Assembly (NCBI RefSeq): GCF_000002075.1
Contig: NW_004797290.1
Location: forward strand, 2,145,398-2,209,397
DNA length: 64,000 nucleotides
Reading direction: 5' to 3'
Source: Aplysia californica
Lineage: Eukaryota
Numbering within the stretch: the stretch's first letter is position 1; the number at the start of each line of letters is the position of its first letter. The notes under the pieces are model-generated. The model worked only from the letters and a program-made list of their open reading frames with translations, did not search any database and was not told the origin of the DNA. This document shows, piece by piece, positions 41,221 to 52,525 of this stretch. Made by a program: the position numbers and the translations under genes.

Positions 41221-41702
41221 CAAGACATTTTATTAACAGCCCTTGATTAACTAAGAATAAGAGCCTTCAGCCAGCACCGGCACACTTCTACTAGATCTTG
41301 ACAAAATGTTGTATAATAATTATTGTTTTGCTAGCCGCAGTAAGAAAAAATAACTCTAGAGACATCAAAGTATTCAAAGAGGTTGTTCTACACGACCATT
41401 TGACACCAGACACACACAATCACATCACAGCCTCTTACTCTCCGGCTAGCCAAATACTATTTCCATTGTAAGAAAACACAAGCTTCTGTGGCATTTTGCC
41501 ATTTGTGGGTCCCTTGAGTTATGATAGTTTGCTCAATTCAGTAGGCCTAAATATAACATGTAACCAAAGACGAGGAGAAAAATAGCAGGCACTTCCAATT
41601 GTCTCTCATTATAGCGCATTATTAGACACTGAATGACATATTTCCCGAACTCCCCTACAAGATCTCAATCTCAGGGAATATCGACTGTGGGCTTTTCGGC
41701 AT

Positions 41703-41958
41703 GGCGTCGGTGGCCTAGTGGTTAGGCTCTTGGACTCGTAACCGTAAGGTTGTGGGTTCGAATCCCATCAGGGGCCCGACGTAGTGTCCTTGGGAAAGGC
41801 ACTTTGCACTGTATGCTTCCGCGGAAGCCGAGAATGTTTCTGAGTGTTCTCAGAGGGTCTGCTGGGGTAATATAATAGTTGTAAAGCGCATAGAGCATGC
41901 TCTTGAGCATGGATATGTGCTATATAAATGCAATTATTATTATTACATTATTATTATT
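41703..41958 (+). mobile_element. Second copy of the CORE-type SINE, internally deleted
   Basis: Same head GGCGTCGGTGGCCTAGTGGTTAGG and same tail as 39986-40337. Confidence 0.85.
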
Positions 41959-42381
41959 TTCAACAAATGATTCAACAGACTCATAAATCAAGCCATTTTC
42001 CCAACCAGCCCTGCAGGCCTGAACTGAGAAGTGACCAAAAATTTGAACATGAGAGGAAAGCACTTTACCTCAACTCTTTGAATCCGGCTTGTCACTGAAG
42101 TGTTGTTTTAAGGGGTTTCGCCATCCCCAAGATCTACACCTGATCCCCTGCTACTGCTACATTTACCGTCCTTTCTACAAATGGTTTGAGTGCTCACAGG
42201 AACAAATCCACCAATATTTTAATGAATATAGCGTAAACTTGTTGAATCCCTAGTGTATCAAAAGAATTAAGACTAATGAGTATCCTGCACACAGAAATTG
42301 AAACAATAGAGCAAACAAAATTGTTTCGTGACTTTAAAGAGAGTGTTATTAACTGTTAATCTAAAAGTATACAAAACTAAC

Positions 42382-42469
42382 CTTATCTGCAGAAATGCTT
42401 GTAAACTATGTTCAGCTTGTTTGTAAAACTGAACAAATGGATACAGCGGGTCTGCTTCCGGAGTGTCAC
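42382..42469 (-). CDS. PDCD7: PDCD7 coding exon 8 (DPLYPFVQFYKQAEHSLQAFLQIR)
   Basis: Matches the PDCD7 PF..YY.QAEHSL.ALIQIR motif; phase 1 to 2. Confidence 0.93.
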
Positions 42470-43129
42470 CTGTTTTCACCAAAAGGAAAAAACAAAATCT
42501 TAACCTGAGGCAAGTTCATAATGCATGTGTGTATTAAGAGGAATAAAATGATGTAGTTTATTTCTAATTCATTTCAAACAGCCAGTTCCAAACACTTTTC
42601 CTCTAATAACTAAGTTGAAACATTATTGAAAAAAGACATATATTCTACAGGTTTAGTATTACCAACTCACCAGAGACACAGACACTAAAGCTCTTGGACA
42701 TCTCCAAAGAGCTAAAAAAAACAAAAAAACACCCTTTTAGAAATCCAAAATTAGTTACTTCTTTCTCCATTCTTCATTTGTAGAATTTCCTATGATGTAA
42801 TTCAAGAAAATAGAAAACAAAAACTTAAGAATCAGCACACACAAACAAGAGCGCAAAAAACCCACAAAAATTGTTGCCTCTGTAACAGATATTAATCTAA
42901 AAGAATTAAAATTTGAGAACCCAATATCTCGAAATATATGCTGTAAATTTAGCCTTGTTGCTCCAAATTCCATTCTTTGACAAACCAACTCCAGTCAAAA
43001 TGCAATGCAGCCAAACAAAAATTGTGTTAATTCCAGTGAGACCAAACACATTGCATATCATCAAAACAGACCAAAGAATTACAAGGTCACAACACATCTC
43101 AACATGATATGTGAGATATTTTTCATTAC

Positions 43130-43253
43130 CTTGGGGTCCAAATAACAATGATTCCAGCTCAGAATCTTCAGCGCTCTGCTTCAACCTCTCAACCTCTTTT
43201 TCAATTTCTTCTCGCTTCCTGTCACTCTCCTCAGCCTCAGACTTTATAATGCT
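43130..43253 (-). CDS. PDCD7: PDCD7 coding exon 7 (SIIKSEAEESDRKREE...ESLLFGPQ)
   Basis: atgcag acceptor, CAAG|gtaatg donor; LFG motif. Confidence 0.9.
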
Positions 43254-44156
43254 CTGCATAAAACAAAAAAGAGAAGAAGCAACATGCAGTAACAATAAGC
43301 ATAAGCAAAGAGACAATGCCTGCATCATAGTATAGAACTCCAAGGCTTGATCAATTAAAGCAGAACTTCCCCTCCAACCCCAAGCTCTTTCCGCACTACA
43401 ACTACAACAAAACTTTAAAACAATCTGAGATTTAATAAAACCTTTAGACCAATGGATTATTTTGTACTGGTACACCCAACTTCATATTTTGCCTGTGAGT
43501 AAAAATTTAACTGCTACTGGTACTACGACAGCTAAAGAATGGGATGAGTCATTTTGCCAATTTTCCCTGATTCATGAACAAAGAAGGAATACAGCAGGGA
43601 CGAAGGGAAGGGAAGCACATGCACTGTGCTTCGTATCTGATACCAAAATCAGATCCCATTCAAGTTTACAACCCCCCTCCAAAGATTACAGCGAATCACT
43701 ACAAAAGTTCAATAAGATACCTGTATGTTGATTTATGAGAGGAGCCGAAACAGGACTAGGAGCTTCCAAACATAAACTCTAGTACTATGTAGTCTTGTTT
43801 GTTTCGGGGGGGGGGGGGGGGGGGTTCTTGAGAGTAATAGGAGTCAAGTAATATAAAATATAACTACCAGAATTCGTTTCACGAGGCTACATCCAACTGC
43901 TTGTTTTACACGAGATATGAGAGAAAGACGGACAGAAGTAGAGATGAAAAGATGAGCAGCAAATAAACATGCCTGATCCCAGCTATGGGCTGTCAGCTTT
44001 AAAAAGAAAACACGATTTCAATTATTAGATATAAATGCAAAGATGTTCTTAACACATCAATATGAAATTCATTACACCATCTAGCCAGTAGACGCGCCAA
44101 CTTCTCTGAGTTAACAAAAGGGGCTTGACATATATTTCATAATCTATCAAACTTAC

Positions 44157-44269
44157 CTTCAGTCTTGATTCTTCTTCTTTGTAATGCTCTAACTGAGCTT
44201 TCACAAGCCGTGTCATATCTGTGATCTTCTGCTCAAAACTTTGCCTAGATTCTCCGAGATCAGTATCAC
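44157..44269 (-). CDS. PDCD7: PDCD7 coding exon 6 (DTDLGESRQSFEQKI...HYKEEESRLK)
   Basis: ctgcag acceptor, AAG|gtaagt donor, phase 1 to 0. Confidence 0.88.
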
Positions 44270-45143
44270 CTGCAGAGAAAAGTCACAGGTGAATATGAAT
44301 TTCAGTGTCAATACAAATACAACTTTTTACAGATAACCCAGTTACTGGGTAGACATTACCAGAAAAACTCTACATTCTAAAGTGAAGACAACAGTTGCAC
44401 AAATGCCCAATACAGCACTCATCTATGACTATGACTCTGGAGATAGCAGCAATCATGTGTACGTAAATGGCTCTGATGGGTAAATGGTTGAAGGTGGAGC
44501 CTCAGATTTATTGTCCATCTCCCATAGGACAGAGATAAGTGGGTGAAGAGCCGTGAAAACTCACTACAACCAAGTTCAAAAGAATATCAGTAGGGACATA
44601 AATCACTATATTTTTGCATGACAGCAACTGAGCTAATGGCGGGCCCTAAGCTACCAAACCCTTACAACACAGAGCCAAGCAACATTTAACATGCCATGCA
44701 GTCGGTACAAGTGGGAGGTTGGTGGGTGTTCTGAAGTTGGTAACTCCTTCTTTCCTATAAAACATCTGTTGTCCTTATTAAATCTCTCCTCTTTCTTTAA
44801 TATGTATCTTATTATCTTTAATCTTCGGCACTTGTATCATGTCCTAATTGTGTTGCAAGTGCCGTAAAACTTTTACTAAAACTAAATCGTCGCCTGAGCA
44901 CAACAACCCTGTAACCCACACTATGTAAAAAAAACACTTTTTTTTTGCTTTTTCCACTAAATGTAATGTTGCGGATTTTGTGTCAAATTTTTACACATGT
45001 AGTTAAATAAACATTGCCTGTGCAACATTCAGACTTTAATTTTTAGTAAACATTGTTAGATGAATTGACAAAGTTTTTCCCTTTCGTAAAATTTTGTTTT
45101 TGTGGGATACAGGGTTGTTGTACTCAGGCGACGAAATAGTCAC

Positions 45144-45282
45144 CTCTTTTCACAGCAGCATCTCGTCGAATGAGTCGGAGTTTCTGCAGTGCTGTCATTG
45201 TCTCCACAAGTCTGTTGGCATCCTGGATCTCCTTGGTCACCTTACTGAGGGTCTGGTCAGCAGCCGCTTTCCTTTTTTCTTT
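45144..45282 (-). CDS. PDCD7: PDCD7 coding exon 5 (KEKRKAAADQTLSKV...LQKLRLIRRDAAVKRG)
   Basis: Resembles the recalled PDCD7 motif KAAAD.VLSEV...LEKLRKLRKEAA.RKG; splice phases are consistent. Confidence 0.92.
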
Positions 45283-46153
45283 CTTTGAAAATGAGAGACA
45301 AACAAAATATGAGACCATTTTCCTACTGGCCAAAGTATGATGCGTTTGGCTTTTCATATCTGTCTAGCTTATGTGTACCAAAACACCTTGTCTATTACAA
45401 CAATAAATCACATTCCCCCTTCTAAATGAAGATGAGAGCCTCTGCTTTCTATGACAAAGCAGCACATAAACAGAAAGTACACCGGTAACCAGCCACCAAT
45501 AAATGGAGCCTCCTGCTTTGCCTTTGATGGAAGAAGTATGATATCCGCATGATATCAAATTGTATGGCAAACCCTAAAAGGAACTGGATATGGACTGATG
45601 CTCCCAGGAAAGAAGCAATTTTTCTTTTCAAAGAAGAAAACATGCTTCTATACAATTTATTAATCAAATAAGTCACTCGTCCTTCCCTGAAGACATTGTG
45701 ACAAGAGAAATTTTAAAAAGAAAACAAACTGAGTGAGCTCACAATATAGGTGGCAAGCAAGCACATCAGAGAGGTTTTCTCTTACTTCTTTTCTATCCAT
45801 TCGACTATTGTCTTGGTCTGAGTCTGCTTCAGATTCAAAATGCTTATATGGTCTAAAAAGATTAAACAGCACTGATTATCTTAAACTTAATTTCGACATC
45901 TAACATTAAAAAAAAGGAAAATCCTTTGCAGGTCACATTAGGAAAAAAAAAAAGTAAATGTTCACTCACTGCATACAGTATTGTCTAATATTAGAAAACA
46001 GGGGAGGAAAAAGTATAATAAACCCTGAATTCATTGATTTGCCACAAAACCCCAAGTGTATTTTTTAAAAATAATTTTGGGGGGTATCGCGACTTTAAAT
46101 TACTACTTTGCAAACAAAAATGAATGAAAGACAATCCTTCAACAGATACATAC

Positions 46154-46285
46154 CATGCTCTTGTCCTTTATCTGCTTCATTACTTTTTCCTGCCATTGAT
46201 CAATCTTTGTGCTCTTTGTTTCCCATTCCTCTCTCTGCCTCTGCAGCTGCTCACTTTTCATCCTTCTTGCCTCTCTCAGCCTTGC
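46154..46285 (-). CDS. PDCD7: PDCD7 coding exon 4 (ARLREARR...KIDQWQEKVMKQIKDKSM)
   Basis: ctccag acceptor, ATG|gtatgt donor; IDxW motif of the PDCD7 coiled coil. Confidence 0.88.
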
Positions 46286-46957
46286 CTGGAGATATGATTA
46301 AACAAGATCTGTGCTGAACATGAGCAAATATTTTCTCATAGCTAAAATATATGGGCGCAAACATATTTGGGGAAAATAATTAAGTAGCACATTACATTTT
46401 GTATCACACTACATTTTTTTTGGTAATACAGCATTTAAGCATAATAACAAATAGTGAAAGATATCAGTAAAATTTCAAGTAATAGCTCATGCCTGCCTCT
46501 GAGGGGGAAATACGTGCGGGGGGTACCACAATGAAGCCAGGTTCCAGCCACAGTCTCTTGTAAGCCTCATGGCCAACATTTTCAGCTTGTACAGTCAAAA
46601 ACATGAGGGTGAGCACAAAACTTTAGTAAGTTATATAGAATCAAACTAGTTTCCCTCAAGTGTCAACCCATGTTTCATCTAAAAGTTGAGAGACACATTA
46701 ATGAAATAAGAGTGTACTCATAATTTCAAAAGGTATGAGATATGAAGCACTCATGACAGTATTGTTTAAAAAATGAAAAAGCAAACAATCACTTTTGATC
46801 AGCATGGCGATAATGGAGTGCATTACAAATTAAGTTTCCTATAAAAGACAAACCTTTTAGAGTATTTTCGTACATAAGCATTTGTCTTCTAAATGAGATA
46901 CACATTTTTATAATAATAAAAGCATACACAGGTCATAATCAGAAAACGTCATACATT

Positions 46958-47101
46958 AAAGGATACATGAGACATCATGTGAAGACCATCAGAAGAAAAA
47001 AATTAGAAGCAAAGGATATGCCTTGGTGCACTTCAGCAAGACATAGTGGTCATTCATATAAAATCGTGAAATCTAGTCAAATCCATAGCCCAGTCAAATA
47101 A
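46958..47101 (-). promoter_or_regulatory. Candidate poison exon plus paired U12-type 5' splice-site motifs (USSE-like)
   Basis: Acceptor ttttcattcattctctttcag at 47102; in-frame TGA 47056-47054; ATATCCTTT 47019-47011 and GTATCCTTT 46966-46958. Confidence 0.45.
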
Positions 47102-47529
47102 CTGAAAGAGAATGAATGAAAATGTCATAAAATAATCTCATTAAGTTAATAAAATATGTTAACAAGAGTTCTAACACAAGCACATGTACATGTCGTTTGT
47201 TCCTATTCATTTGATGAAGACTATGACTAAACGATGCAACTGTTTGGAAAAACAAGTCTTTTTTTATCACTAAATTCCAAAACACTGTACATCAAGATGA
47301 ACAAATTTGCTTTAAAAAGTTTTCAGGAATAGAAGAAAAAAAATGGCTTTATTTCTCAATTTCAAAGATAAAAAAGAAAAACAAAAAAGAGCTTTTCTCA
47401 CAGTTACATAATAGGAATTTTTAATTTAATCATAACAAAATGTGTTTATCTTTTAACTTTCTAAACAAGACATTTAAATAATCATGAATCAAGGTTCACT
47501 CGCAGCTGACTTGACTCATAAACACTTAC

Positions 47530-47616
47530 CCTTTTCAGTCTCATTCCCTTTAAACGCTCCATCATATCACACGCCAACGGCTTCTCCAGATATAACTGCA
47601 AGTCTTTCAATTTTTC
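47530..47616 (-). CDS. PDCD7: PDCD7 coding exon 3 (EKLKDLQLYLEKP...GMRLKR)
   Basis: tttcag acceptor, AGG|gtaagt donor, 29 codons. Confidence 0.85.
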
Positions 47617-48457
47617 CTGAAATATATAATGTTACATCAAATAAGCAATACACATTATATAGATTTTATAGGAATTGGATCACAAGTTTACATGGGCCAC
47701 TTGAGTGCATGTAAGGGGGCAGTGATTTTAGTTGGGTTGGGATTGTTTTTTTTACAGTGACACCTCTTAACAAAGAAACTTTCAACAAAGCCTCAAATGC
47801 AGAAATCATGAAATATGGAAACTCAGTAAAAATAATGAAGCCTATTGTATAATGATGATAGTGCAACACTTCAGTGTTAATACAATTGTCAAGAAACTTA
47901 ACTCTATCCTGTTCATGTTCTTCACCAACAATGGCAGCCCATTTGTTCAGCTTCCCCCGCACATAGCAGCCTTCGAGTGTTCACATTTTTATATCGATAA
48001 TGGGAATAGATGAAGAAGACTAATAGTTGTAAAGTCCATAGAGAATACTGTAGAATGTGGATATAATGCACTTTATAAATATGCAAATATTTTTATTATT
48101 ATTACTAAGACTACTGACCTCGGCTCTGACAAACTTTCATCACTAAAAATCAAAACAAGGCCACATCATAAATCCATTTTTATCACAGCCAGGCTTACCG
48201 TTGAGGAAACCCCATTGGAAAAAAACAAGTAGCTTGCCCAGCCATTTTCAACCAGTTTGAACTCTAGGGCTGCATTTTTTTCTGTCAGTTTTGGCCAGAT
48301 CAAACAGGAAAGTATTCAGCCAAATAAATCCATTTCACTTTCGATCAACCTTAAAACAATGCAAATCCTAAATATTTTGTTATTTTGCCCTGCAACCCTG
48401 AAACCTTCTGTGTATCTTTTCACTTATAGGAATACAAAAGTTTATTCCCTAGCATAC

Positions 48458-48601
48458 CTTTTCAGCTTCTATTTTGCCTGAAGCTTCTTCCCAAGTCCTG
48501 CTGTCTGCCTCGCACACAACCTGCTCCATTCCACTGATGTGCTCAGACATGCTCGATAACACTCTCCTCAGTTCTGCCAAATGTTGAACATGCTCCCAAA
48601 C
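48458..48601 (-). CDS. PDCD7: PDCD7 coding exon 2 (VWEHVQHLAEL...WEEASGKIEAEK)
   Basis: ttttag acceptor, AAG|gtatgc donor, 48 open codons. Confidence 0.85.
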
Positions 48602-48945
48602 CTAAAAGTACAGGCATTTATAACAAGAATGTAAAAAAGAATCAAACATTAAGCATCTGCAACATCATGTCAAGAGTTGAGCACTTCTCTTATTACCAAA
48701 CATGATCTCTAGACTCTGGTTGATTATAGGAAGAAAACATTTAGTTTAGTTATAATCCATTCCAAAACAAAACTCGCAAAAATAAGAACACATTCATATT
48801 ACATTCCGTACTCTAGAAGATTCAGTGTCATTCAGCAACAAGCACATTTGAATATAACGAAACAAATTATCAAAACAAGGTATCGATTAAGACATTTTTA
48901 AAAAGACACAACAAGAAACTTAGGGTTACTCAATTACTGTCCTAC

Positions 48946-49692
48946 CTTCATAGAATTCTCTCCTTTCAAGGATACTGACTTCTTCTGTATCTTTCTGCTT
49001 TTTGAAGACTGCTTGACCCATTCTTCCAACATTCTGGCCCCTACTTCTTTTCTAGAAAGAGGTCGGCTGACAGATTTTCCCTGACTTAACGATGAATTCG
49101 AGGGCACTCTGGGGGCTTGAAATGACAGAGATGTCCCAGAGTTTTGTATGCTTGAATTTCGATTTGCAGCTGCCTGACTGTAAGGTGGTGGAGGCCTCGT
49201 TAAGTTTGACTGCATCTGTGGGGCTCCACCAAGTGGTGAGGGAAATGGGGTAGGGGGAGGGACGCTTAGATTGTTAGTTGGCATCACAAAGTCTGGTGGA
49301 TTCCCAGGAGGTGGTTGATTCATGGCTGGTTGAGGTGGAGGTGGAGGATGGTTTAACGGGTACATCCCTTGAGTATTGAAAGGAGCAACAACGTTACTCG
49401 AGTGTGGTTGGTTGTAAAAAGGAGGCCTGAAAGGCACTCCTGCCTGTGGTCCTGGCGGTGGTTGAGAAAAATTAAAACTATTGTTCATTGGAGGAGGGTG
49501 ATGGCCACCGGGTAATGGCGGTGGTGGCATAGAAAAAATCTGTCCACTACTGGGGTGTCCAGGAGGGGGAACAGTCATTCTTGGATTTGGTGGAGCGTAC
49601 TGATGGTAATTACCAACAGCCCCGTGTTCTTGATATGGTGCATAGCTGTAGTGATGTCCATCTTGTGGACTTGCAGCATGCTGGTGAGACAT
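48946..49692 (-). CDS. PDCD7: PDCD7 / U11-59K first coding exon, Pro-rich N-terminus
   Basis: 249-codon Pro/Gln-rich ORF ending AAG|gtagga; a Pro-rich N-terminus is typical of PDCD7; in phase with downstream exons. Confidence 0.88.
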
Positions 49693-49940
49693 GTCTCAAA
49701 CTTGAGCTTGAAAGACAGGTTCCTGTCAAAGCAAATCTGAAAAAAAAAATCAAACACAAAAGGGATTTAAATACAGCTGGGTACATAAAATGAACAAGGA
49801 AAACTTGAAATCACGGACAGCTCGTACAATAGCCATTCTCCAACTGATATCTCTTTAATTGTTCATTGACAGAATACCCGAATTATGCCAAATGCATAAT
49901 TAGTCAATCCTCAGTGTGTTTTAAGTTATCCAAGCCTGAC

Positions 49941-50878
49941 TGTACAGTGGTTCCTAACTATAACAGGACCGCCAGGACCCACAAGACTATATCCCTGTTA
50001 TGACAGAATCCTGTTTTATAGACAAAGATCAATTTTACATACACTGTTGCTAATGATTAACGAATAGAATCATATTTTTATTACATACTGACTTAGATTA
50101 CTTACTACCAGTTATTAGTCTTTTAATGCCTCCCTGTCTTTTCCAGAGGTATTTTTTCTCTCCTCATCTTGTTTTCCTTTTTTTTTACCAATAGGCAAAT
50201 TCTTTTATTCTGAGTCTCATGGAAGTTGACAAAACACAATTTCAGATGCTTGGGTAACAAAAAAAATTACATTTATTGTAGCGATATCCAAGCATGGTAA
50301 GACTCCAGCATGCTCTGAGCACTTCACAAAAATTTCTAATTCAGTTGAATTGTTACCAGTTTTGGAAAAGGAACACACATACATGCAGTAGATCAAATGC
50401 CAATGCCTTCTCTTCATTCAATAATATCATTCCCGTTACAAGTCTGATCATCCCATCGTGAGACAATATAATGATGTGGTGCCAGACCAAGTCCACACTA
50501 AGTGACTGGCTTTCCATCAGCACCAAGGTGCATCCAGCTTTCACACACGATATGACACATCATAAAATGTGTACAAAATCAACTTCTAAGGCCCATATAG
50601 GTTCTGCGAGTGCAATTCACTATGTTGGGCGTTATTTTGCTACTTCATTCCCTTTTTTGCTGCTGTTTGTCTTTAATAGGACTTTGTCAAAGGTTGGACC
50701 ACTGTTATAGCCGCATTATTATAGCTAAACATGCCTCTATCTCTACTAAATACCTCCTAAAATAACAACCTTTTTATTTTTACAACACATTACATAGATC
50801 GGACTCTGTGATTTATTATAAGTCCGCTATAGCCAGAATACCTTCATAACCAACTGTTATAAGTGAGGCTCACGGTAT
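49941..50878. mobile_element. Tigger-like non-autonomous element remnant(s)
   Basis: TACAGTGGTTCCTAACTATAAC start and GTTATAAGTGAGGCTCACGGTA end, with repeated internal TATAAC/TATAGC motifs. Confidence 0.4.
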
Positions 50879-52525
50879 ATTCATTGAACACACCACTGAA
50901 ATGAAAAATGCTATCACCTCTCACTTCAAAGAGGCAGGTAACTGATTGTCCACACACATTATGTTGTTATTCGTCTAAAAATATCATCATTTAGCACTTA
51001 GTAAGTTAGAGTGCTAAATCAAGATTTAATATCAAAATAAGGTACATAGTTCTGCTTTGAATATTAAGAGTCTGAGAGAAATAAAACTCGTGCAAATCAA
51101 AATTGAAACATTTTTTAACAAAACTAACGCCAGGGCAACTTCCATCTCAAACTAAAAAATTATAGATTTCAAATCAGCAGGACTTATAATCCTGTTCCAG
51201 CTTTGACTAACTAATAGGCGGTGCCCATTAGAGGATCAGTTCGGTTACATTACATTACATTACGTTTCTGGCGGCTTCAGTGCACACTATAAATGGAATC
51301 TAGACCCCCTCAAACCGATCGTCCGACTCGTGGCCTTGAAAACAAAAACATCATGTTTGTTCTTGAAGGTCATCGTCAGTTTCTTGAGTCACGATGGTAG
51401 CTTTTCCCACTAGATGGCATGGAGGAAAATCTGACTAGCCCCGATGACCAAACTGAACGGAACCAATCTCGACAATTGGCACCAGGTATAAGTAACCAGT
51501 AAAGGAGATCTAGCAAGCATCAATTAAACATGACGGAACTGCATGTTACGTAAAATACCAAAGCTCAGGAAGGCAAATCCTCAGGCGCAAAGAGAATAGG
51601 TTCTCGATTTGAGAATAGCACCTAAGAAGTACTAGAATCAATTGCTCTAAACCACAGTCTGGTCTAATCATAGATCTAGCTTTACAATCATATATTTCGA
51701 AGAGACTCAAAATTATATTCGGACTCTGAATTGAATCCAGCATGACATCCGTTCCGACTTCCAACCCTTGTTTTTAAATATTTCCAGCATTTACAAACAA
51801 AAATTTTTATTATAATGATAACAATCGAGACGTGAGCTTCAATATCCAGTCACTAGATCTATCGGAACTGGCCCTCCCTGCATCGTTAGTATGAACAAAA
51901 CAACCAAGTTGACTTGATCTTGCCAGGGGCAAAGTTAATTATGTCGACCTGTGAGATTGCCCGCAGCAGTCTCACACTCTCGGCTTGCTGGGGGGAGGAG
52001 TTGGGAAGAGGCCACGCAACGGCAGTTGATTTTATGTGATGTGATTTTTTTAAATATTAATTTTACAGAAAAACTATAACACACAACAAAATGAAATTAA
52101 TCACGTGGAAAGACAATTGATGGTGGAAGTAATGATGATGCTGTAGGCTAGTGGTGGTGGAAAGACCTTGGCCTTGAGTTGTCGGTTACCGTGTACGTAG
52201 ACCATTGGGCAATGAGAGTGCAGTCTTTTGACTTTTGACACAATTACAGTCCTAGTAGGAGGTAACTTTCTTTCTAATTCTGGTTTTACGTAAAATCCCC
52301 AGACGACAGTTACATTATCATGTAACCTCCTTACAACCACAAACTCACTTAGAAGCAGAGTCCGAAAAAATAAAACATTTTTTTCGGACCCGAGTCCGAA
52401 TAGGCCTAGATAAAACCCATGTTCCGACTCGAGTCCGAAATACATAAAAAATCAAATCAGACTCGCTTCCAAATAGAGCTGGCCATCATATTTCAGGCTG
52501 ACTATCACTCCAACCAATTATTCTC

